Positions 9,473 through 17,266 of a DNA stretch of 17,266 nucleotides are shown here, piece after piece. Where the stretch lies: contig JAPMXV010000064.1 in NCBI GenBank assembly GCA_026936335.1, positions 1 through 17,266 on the forward strand, written 5' to 3'. How positions within the stretch are numbered: the stretch's first letter is position 1; every line of letters begins with the position of its first letter. Under the pieces are notes generated by a model that did not search any database, was not told where the DNA came from, and worked only from the letters and a program-made list of their open reading frames with translations. The translations under genes and the position numbers were made by a program. The stretch is from Mantamonas sphyraenae STR306. Taxonomy: Eukaryota; Protista; CRuMs.

Positions 9473-12325
9473 ATGTCTGTGCGTGACACCGTGTCAACCA
9501 TAGAGTCGTCAGAGAGTTTGGGCATGGACTCGTTCAACGGAGAGGTCACCGTCGCCTCACCTTTGCAAAGAGTCACGCGGCTCCAACGCAAGCGGACCCT
9601 CTCGACCAGCTCAGACGGCTCCAGTGCAAGCAGCGCAAGCAGCGAGACGCAGACGAGCTCGCGCACTCGCACATCGCATGAAACACATGCAGAGAAGCGG
9701 CAGCGTGTGGAGTCAACAACGTTGGGGGGAGAGGGAGAGGAAGAGCAGGAAGAGCAGGAAGAAGTGGTCGAAAGTGGGTTGCGTTTTGTGCTGATCACCC
9801 TTTGTTTTCGGGCGTCGACGCTGACACCTGGTCGCACAAAGGCACACCTACCGTTGCTGTGAGTCAGGACGATACCCAGACTGGTGCAACACATGATGCG
9901 CTCACCGAACAGGCAGTTGAGGAAGCAGGGGAAGAGGTGTCGGCGAGCACGATGGACGTTGAGGAGATGGCGAAGAGCGACGGCGGTGGAGACAAAGGGG
10001 GCGCCGTCCAGCACTCGTCGGTACAGACACCTTCTACAACTGGATCACAGGAGGAGGGTAGAGGTGTTACGTCTCCCACTGTGTTCACCGTAGAGGATGA
10101 GGAGGAGGAGGAAGGGGACGTGACCCCCTCGCAAACAAGCGCAGGCTCCATGGCGGTCGGTAAGTTCTGCCCAAAAGGGGTAGGGGGCAGCGGTATAAAG
10201 GCCTGACGCGGATGCTTTTGGGTACAGAGCCAGCAAGCGAGCCAAACCTGAGCTCTGACGCTGCAGAGACTCTGGACGAGGTGAGCCCTTTGGACGCCTT
10301 GTCCGACGTTGATGAGGACGACGGGGGCGACGAGGATGTGGAAGTGAGAGCACGGATTGCACACATCAGGCAAAGAAGAGCCACGGGAGAGGAATCTCCC
10401 TTTGAGCGAGTTCGTCAGCGGTTTGCCGAGATCAAAAAGGCGCTGAACGCAGATCGACAGCGTTGGAGGACAGCGGCCGGTCGTCAGGACAGCCAGGTCC
10501 ACGCAGAGGCAACAAAAGGTACAGTGGACTTGCTCAAGCAACTGGCTCCAGTGTCCATTGACCGAGACGAAGTGTGGCGCTTCGCCATCGGACAAGAACA
10601 AGCGGTGGACATCTGGCACTACGAATGGTACACCACGACAAACCCGTACGCTATGAGCAACCTAAAAGACCTCTGGTGCGTGTTTGTGCTGGGTGCAACC
10701 GAGGAGGAGCTGCAGGCAGTGCCCGAGGCTCAATGGCGCGACATGGTGGCCAAAACGGACAACCTGGATACAGTGTTGGGCCTGTACTTGCGCACAGAGT
10801 GTGTAGCTCCATCAGAAACACCCCTGCGACGCGTAGCCACCAAAGCCCTGGGATTGAACACGACGTACAGCCTGGCCGAGTTTGTCATCAAGCAGAGGTT
10901 GGCGCGTGGTCAAGGGGTGGCGGGAGGAGGAGACGAGACACAGTACGATGATTCTGAGGGAGGTGGCAGACGAGGGAGTCGTCGATCGGGACAGGCATCG
11001 GAACGAGAACAACGTGGCGAAAGTTCCGAGTCACTCGAGTTTTCTGATTTGCACATGCGCTTCATCGACCAATGGGGCGCTGACGATATGGCACGGATGA
11101 TTCGTCACATGTCGTTTAATCATGTCTGTACGCACTACAAGGGAGACACTGCGAGGCACAACACCGTGGCGGGAAGTCCGGTCCAGATGATTCGGCGTTT
11201 CGTCTTGGGGTTCAAGACACCCCAGATCAAGCAGCTGTACGCCACTGGGTTTGGCAAGCGCACCAAGGGGTCGCCGTCCTTTGCCATGGTCTCATCGTCG
11301 TCGTCGTCGTCGTCGAGCTCAGCAGTCGATCGTCTGGACGCCCACATCTCTGCGGTGCAGTTGCTCATGGAGGCCATGTGGCACTGTATGGGTTTTTGGA
11401 CAGAGCTGTGCAGCATGGTTCATTCTCTGGCTGCGCCCAATTCCAACCCACAGTCGCCTTTTCGTCTGCTGGCCCAGAACGTGGCCCGCGATATCGTTTA
11501 CATGGACGAGGACAACCGCCGACACATCACAAACCACAAAGCCGTCATTTTGCAGTTTGTGCACCTGTGGCTGCCCGTGGAGGAGTACCCTCTTTTTCTC
11601 GAGTTTCACCGACTCGGTGCGCTGACGCTGATCCACGAGGGTGTTTCCTACCGCGCGTACGGTGATTTGCTCGAGCTGGCTCGAATCAACACCAAGGATG
11701 ACTTTGCGGCAAAGATGGACATGCTGGTGGGCAGAGTGACCGTCAAGCGCTGTGTCGGAGTGCAGTATGGAGGGGTGAGTCAGACTTGGTCGAGCTGGGA
11801 GGTGACGATGACATCAACCAGGCTATCAAAGACATCAAACAAGCCAAATCCTTTCCGGGGGCACAGGTCACTCACGAGGGTGCCATGGCGTTGCATCCCC
11901 TGGGCAACTGCGTGTTCAATCGGGCAGTCAAGACGGATCTGTGGGCGGTCGAGGAGAACGGGCTCAGCTGGGAGCAAAAGGTCGTGTTTGGGTATGTGCG
12001 CAATAGGCTTCGTGCTGCTGGGTTTCCGGTGGAGGAGCTGAGGAACGAGGAGAACGATGAAGAAGACCTCAAGGACTATGCGTGGTGGCTGGAACGAGCG
12101 GGGGAACCAAAGTGGGCAGACCTGCCGAATGGGTGCAAGAGAACGCTCAAGGGGTGGTTGATGGCATGCAATCGGCTGGTGGAGGGTGATATGGTCCATA
12201 GGGAGGCGGGTGAGGTGGTTCAGAGGATCGGGTGGGACGCCGTGCACCAAACCTACGCCCCACTGCTCTGGTTCGTTGTCAATGCGGTGGGGTGTCAGCA
12301 AGCGCGCGCGTGGGTAGCAGGGTGA
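9473..12325 (+). CDS. Large hypothetical protein with acidic/Ser-rich N-terminus and helical core, two introns; probably continues to 13072
   Basis: ATG 9473 (accgacaATG). ORFs 9374.., 9802.. and 10212.. join exactly in frame when GT-AG introns 9774-9841 and 10160-10227 are removed. ORF 11786..12325 joins either by restoring one G in the G-run near 11729 or by a 47-nt intron 11775-11821. NLS-like RKR and EKRQRVE. Confidence 0.75.
9774..9841 (+). other. Spliceosomal intron 1 (68 nt, phase 1)
   Basis: GTGGGT donor, CTGAC branch motif at 9821-9825, AAG acceptor. Splicing gives EEVVE-S-TPTVAVSQDD and resolves the frame change. Confidence 0.7.
10160..10227 (+). other. Spliceosomal intron 2 (68 nt, phase 1)
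   Basis: Consensus GTAAGT donor, CTGAC at 10203-10207, ttttgggtaCAG acceptor. The interval has stops in all three frames. Splicing gives GSMAV-E-PASEPNLSSD. Confidence 0.85.
11292..11321 (+). repeat. (TCG)n microsatellite encoding poly-Ser
   Basis: tca-(tcg)7-agc-tca within the large ORF. Confidence 0.85.
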
Positions 12326-13072
12326 GGGGGTGCTATTTGTGTGACATCATCAAGGAAAGAGCACAAACCAGGACGACTGTTTACACACCGCCTTGCTCTT
12401 GTCGTGTACCCAGGTGCCGCTCTTGGCTGCAGTATGCAGTGCACATGTGCTTGCACCACACCCGCCCCATTCTGGGTCGCTGCCAACACCCACCATCCAG
12501 CAGTATTACCCATATGCTCAAAACTGTCCATTCTCAGCACCATCGCACTCCGTCGCACCGCCACCGCTTCTTCGACTAGCCTTTGCGCACAACGTTATCC
12601 TGCTTGTAATTTGGCCTTCGTCACGCGCGACTACGACGACCACCTCACCACCACCACGATGGACACGTGCTGGAGCAGCAACTCTCCCAGTGACGAGCGT
12701 GGCAGCTGCACGGCGCGGGAGTTCCAGACGCTGCTGGCACTCATCAAAGCACGCACCCTGGCCGTCACCATGCACACGAACACCAAGCAATGCGTGAGCT
12801 GATCAACAACAGTGACCTGATGTCCCTGCTGGGGAAGACACGAAAGAGCAGAGGCAGTCATACACAACACATTGGCAGCGGCAGATGCAACACACGACCA
12901 CGGAAGAGCACAAGCAGGCATGAACAAAAGCATGGGTGGTGGGGGTGGCAAGGAGCGCATTGGCCCTGGCATCACCCTGTGGTTTGCATTGTGCAATGAA
13001 CGGGATTTTCGATGCTTGACGAGTCCATGGTTGCGGGTGGCAACTAGCCACACACACACGGGTGCCCAGTAA
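12326..13072 (+). CDS. Probable frameshifted C-terminal extension of the large protein, with a RING-like Cys cluster
   Basis: Successive one-base restorations join GCYLCDIIKERAQTRTTVYTPPCSCRVPRCRSWLQ, GSLPTPTIQQYYPYAQNCPF(C), CAQRYPACNLAFVTRDYDDHL, MRELINNSDLMSLLGK and KERIGPGITLWFALCNERDF...GAQ* (TAA 13070-13072). It converges on the stop at 13158. Confidence 0.45.
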
Positions 13073-13157
13073 ACAACCCAACGCCTTCGCCTGACACTAG
13101 GGAAGCATGTTGTCGCATCCCGTTTTGAAAAGACGACACACTCTACACTCTTCACCT

Positions 13158-16100
13158 CTAAAAGCGTTTGAAACGCTTGGCAATCCGCTCGAGATGCCTC
13201 TTCGCCGCTGACATGTTTTCCTTCCACTGTGGATTATTGCCCTCTTGCGCGTTTGCGTACTCACAGCACGTGTAGTGGTCGATGCTACGCAGGTCCCCGG
13301 TTCCAGCCCCGTTCTTGTGGAGACCTTGAATGGCCAGGCCTGGAGGGCATCTCCACGTGCCATGCACGCCCCACAGGGCACGCACGTTGATGCATCGCGT
13401 CTTGGACAGTCCTGCAGTGCACTTGACGTTCACAATACACGTCAGGTGGTTGCACCCGCTTCGCTCCAAACCCGAAATGCCGTGACCACTGGGGCAGTTG
13501 ACCCAGCCGCCAGCGTGCAGAGCGTGATTCCACTTGAACCACTTGCTCGGCGGCAAGCCTTGCACATAGTTGGACTTTCCGCACCTAGCATCCTTGATGC
13601 AATTGAGCCCAGTGCATCCATACGTGGTCACGCCGCTAGCAATCGTCGACGTCGGGCACTCGGCCTTGCCAGCCTTGCTCATGTGGTGGTGCCAGTGGAC
13701 GGTACTTGCCACTACCAGTGCCTTTGGATCTTCAGGCTTCTCCGTGTACTTGCAGCACTTGTAGTGGTCCACCATGCCCAGGTTGCCCGTGGACACGGGT
13801 CCCGCACGATGGATGGCTTGCAGACCCCATCCCACCGGACACCCGTGTTCGCCCTTCTTCTTCAGGTCCACACGCACAAGCTTGCACTCCTCCGACAGGC
13901 CGTACGTGCACCGTGCCTTCTGAATGCAATCCAACGTATGGCAGTGGTAGCGCTGGAACCCAGACACGCCATAGCCCTTGGGACAGGTTGCCCATCCACC
14001 AGCACGCAGGTACTCCCACCACCACAACCACACCTGCTTCGGGTTCTGTTGCCTGCGGTTCTTCTCACACACAGCTCCCTTGATCTCCCGCAGGTTCGTG
14101 CCACCAGACGTTGTCAGAGACTGGACAATGTACCCGCTCTTGCACTTGGCTTGCGTACTGATCGTCTTGCCCATTGTGTTGCCCCAGTCTGCCCTGCTTG
14201 TCGCAAATGCTTCTTGATGTTTCGCCTCGGCTGCGAAATCCTTGGCTTCTTGCGCGTTTGCGTACTCACAGCACGAGTAATGGTCGATGCTACGCAGGTC
14301 CCCGGTTCCAGCCCCGTTCTTGTGGAGACCTTGAATGGCCAGGCCTGGAGGGCATCTCCACGTGCCATGCACGCCCCACAGGGCACGCACGTTGATGCAT
14401 CGCGTCTTGGACAGTCCTGCAGTGCATTTAACGTTCGTAATGCATGTCAGGTGGTTGCACCCGCTTCGCTCCAAACCCGAAATGCCGTGACCACTGGGGC
14501 AGTTGACCCAGCCGCCAGCGTGCAGAGCGTGATTCCACTGGAACCACTTGCTCTTCGGCAACTCCTTTGCGTAGTTGGACTTTCCGCACCTAGCATCCAC
14601 GATGCAATTGAGTCCCTTGCATCCATGCGTGGTCACGCCGCTAGCAATCGTCGACGTCGGGCACTCGGCCTTGCCAGCCTTGCTCATGTGGTGGTGCCAG
14701 TGGACGGTACTTGCCACTACCAGTGCCTTTGGATCTTCAGGCTTCTCCGTGTACTTGCAGCACTTGTAGTGGTCCACCATGCCCAGGTTGCCCGTGGACA
14801 CGGGTCCCGCACGATGGATGGCTTGCAGACCCATCCCACCGGACACCCGTGTTCGCCCTTCTTCTTCAGGTCCACACGCACAAGCTTGCACTCCTCCGAC
14901 AGGCCGTACGTGCACCGTGCCTTCTGAATGCAATCCAACGTATGGCAGTGGTAGCGCTGGAACCCAGACACGCCATAGCCCTTGGGACAGGTTGCCCATC
15001 CACCAGCACGCAGGTACTCCCACCACCACAACCACACCTGCTTCGGGTTCTGTTGCCTGCGGTTCTTCTCACACACAGCTCCCTTGATCTCCCGCAGGTT
15101 CGTGCCACCAGACGTTGTCAGAGACTGGACAATGTACCCGCTCTTGCACTTGGCTTGCGTACTGATCGTCTTGCCCATTGTGTTGCCCCAGTCTGCTGCG
15201 AACGAAAGGGTCGTGGGTTTTTCCACAGTTTCGGCAATATACCTACAGCACTTCAATTTCGTGAGGTCACCCAGATGACCATCCGCTCCGTCGTTGTGCC
15301 TGTAGAAGCCATTGATACCGAAACCGGCGGGACAACTGTGCGTACCGCGCTTCCCCAAGCCGTGCTCGAGGTTGACAACTTCACAATCGTCCTTGTACGT
15401 GTTCAGTGTGCACTTTAGCATCTCAATCCCGGTCAGCGAGTGGCTGTTGCCGCGCTGCAAGCCGGACACACTGTAGCCTGCTGGGCAGCTCTTCCATCCC
15501 TTGACGCTCATCTTGCTGTGGACTTCCACAAATGCGTCCAGGTCGTTCTTGATGTTGCGCGTGCAACAATTGGCCCGTTCCAGGTTGACCAAGGCGCCTC
15601 CTGTCGTCTCCAACGAGTGCACAGACGTGCCTGCGGGACAGGATGACATGCCGGCGCGATCGAAAGAGCTTGTACCAGTTGCCCACTTGGCACGACACGG
15701 CGCCCTCAGGCGGACCGACGTCACGGAGCTCGCAGCACTTGATGTGATCCACAGTGTCCAACTCTCCATGGTGCGAGCGGTTGGTGCGATGCAGCGCCTG
15801 CAACCCGTAGCCAAAACGGGCACGAAACGCTGCGGCTTGCCTGGCCAATCCTCAACTTGATGACGATGCACTTTGCCTATGTCAAGTCCGTCTACACACT
15901 GCAGTCCCTCCAGACACATCACGCCGTGGCAGCCGCCTTGTTGCGCAGAAAGCCTGCAATGCCGTACCCGACGCGATGGCAGTGGAACCAGTGCTATTGA
16001 ATGATCCACGGAAAGTAATCTCCCTGCTGGCATGTGCGTGAGTGCAGCAATCAGCGCCGTTCAGAGTTCCCAGGCCATGCGTGGCCCTTCAACAGGCCGG

Positions 16101-16236
16101 TGATGATCGCTCCACGCGGGCATCGCACATGGGCTCCAGCAGCAAGATGCCACTTGTGCTCACTGCATCGCTTCAGATTTGACTGTAGTTCGCGCTCGGC
16201 GTCGAGCCGCTGTGCTGGGCTGTGCACCTTGAGCAC
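13158..16236 (-). CDS. Cys/Trp-rich tandem-repeat protein: six modules of about 150 aa, each of three W-x(n)-CPxG-xx-[IV]xG[LF]xR-x(n)-L-xx-I-x(n)-C repeats (biomphalysin small-lobe-like, putative lectin/adhesin)
   Basis: ORFs 13158..15035, 14717..16033, 15423..15848 and 16051..16236 are pieces of one gene, e.g. WWWEYLRAGGWATCPKGYGVSGFQRYHCHTLDCIQKARC and CQVGNWYKLFDRAGMSSCPAG. Each module ends in [KST]CC-x-[YL]. The break at about 14831 is a lost C, shown by comparison with the duplicate copy. Confidence 0.8.
13243..15196. repeat. Near-identical intragenic direct repeat: 13243-14192 and 14248-15196 (period 1005 bp, 335 codons)
   Basis: Direct alignment by eye. 13623-14192 is identical to its partner apart from one C indel. 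Substitutions are confined to 13271-13622. A unique in-frame 55-bp spacer lies at 14193-14247. Confidence 0.95.
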
Positions 16237-17266
16237 ACCGTCAACGGCGCCCTGGACGTTCTTCTCTTGCGCTTTGCCTCACCACCTTTGCATTCCTCCC
16301 AATTACTCGTCCAAAATCACACGTGTCTTGATCAGAATTGATCTCACGAGGCCGAGCATTTGCTGTCGGCGAGCCTTGCTCACGTGCAGGTCTTCAGACG
16401 GCGCAGATCAGCAATGGAGCCAATCCTCGGTCACGGAGTGCCTTGCGTGCTTCCTTGCGCAGGTTGCGCATCTCAGCGTGTTGAACATACCCACCATGGC
16501 CTTCTTGATGTCCGACTTACCCTTCAACTTACCGCGCTCGTCGGCGAATGTCGTGCACAGCTGCAGCTGTAAGCGATCGTCGTTCTCCTCATCATCGTTT
16601 CGGTCATCCGTCTGCCACTCTCTGCAGCTTGTTTTCTCTGCGCCTGGGCCTTTTTCGGTCTTTCTCTTCAGAATCGGTGAAGCCATTTCGATGAAATGTT
16701 GGTATCAGCTTGGGATCCTGTTCAGAAGCTCCTTGCGTGATAGTCGACCGATGCGAAACGTCCGTATGCTCAAATCATGTACTCCTTGACTTCGTAACCC
16801 AACACGCCACCGCTGAGAGTAGCCCTTCATTCGGCTCTGCGTGGTTTTGCGCATGTGCTCAAACGCCGCCACGGCATTCATCTTCAGACCAGCAGACGTA
16901 CTGCTGTCGCGGCGCCCAGAGCACTGATACGATGTTCATCATCGAGACGAAGCGAGACTTCAGAAACGCCATCGGCTCAAGTGGTCAATGCATGGTCCAT
17001 CAGCTTGCGCGAGATGATCAGGCGCAAACGCTTTTGGAACAGCTCTTTGCGCTTCGTGATACGTTCGTTCTTCATGTGCGCAGACCCAATGGCCTTCGTG
17101 ATCACGGGCTCGCCCTCTTCTGTGAACGCGTTGTACCTGATACCTTTCCTCTCAGCCTCATCAAAATTGGCGTCAACGCCTTTTTGATGCGTGAACACAT
17201 GTTTCAGCGCATGCTCGATCACCTTCTCGTCCACTTCTACACCGGTGTCTTTCTCCAATTGAGCCC
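16237..17266 (-). CDS. Charged helical coding region, heavily frameshifted; probable N-terminal domain of the Cys-repeat protein (5'-partial)
   Basis: Protein-like fragments 16977..17258 (EKVIEHALKHVFTHQKGVDANFDEAERKG) and 16408..16686 (GKLKGKSDIKKAMVGMFNTLR) run into ...QGAVDGVLKVHSPAQRLDAERELQSNLKRC with no intergenic-looking gap. Confidence 0.5.

Noticed and set aside
13245-14927. 560-aa plus-strand ORF, and similar long antisense ORFs (68..733, 2106..3065, 9864..10619, 16034..16789)
   Set aside because: Shadow frames of GC-rich genes on the opposite strand, with no protein-like features.
13243-15196. Template/variable repeat pair of a diversity-generating retroelement
   Set aside because: Differences are not adenine-specific, both copies are coding, and no reverse transcriptase is seen.
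16230-17000. In-frame TGA/TAA stops in one minus-strand frame, suggesting stop-codon recoding
   Set aside because: Compensating indels explain them (e.g. IPS*YQHFIEM reads as IPKLIPTFIEM), and other genes use TGA, TAA and TAG as normal stops.
1-17266. CRISPR array, tRNA/rRNA, transposase or integrase, terminal inverted repeats, viral hallmark genes
   Set aside because: None recognisable by eye. Highly divergent versions cannot be excluded without HMM searches.

Overview
Eukaryote-type sequence, apparently an unpolished long-read assembly with many single-base indels, made of two compositionally different segments that meet at about position 1046. The left segment (1-1046, CTC/GTC/ATC codon bias) carries the 3' part of a PHTF-like membrane protein gene and the 5' part of a TLC-domain-like gene that is cut mid-domain. 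The right segment (1047-17266, more CTG/GTG) is gene-dense and orphan-rich. It contains two secreted SBBP-type beta-propeller proteins whose GPI-like tails appear only after frameshift correction, and three adjacent genes sharing a KR[Q/S]RV NLS-like motif: an orphan, a SET-domain protein with NSS in place of NHS, and a roughly 1150-aa protein with two 68-nt spliceosomal introns and a cryptic RING-like finger. It ends with a very large minus-strand gene with six three-repeat Cys/Trp modules (biomphalysin small-lobe-like), including a near-identical 950-bp internal duplication. I recognised no viral hallmark gene, transposase, RNA gene or CRISPR array. An endogenous nucleus-replicating virus or large mobile element is therefore only a hypothesis, and an assembly chimera is equally possible. 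All family assignments come from motif recognition by eye, not database searches.
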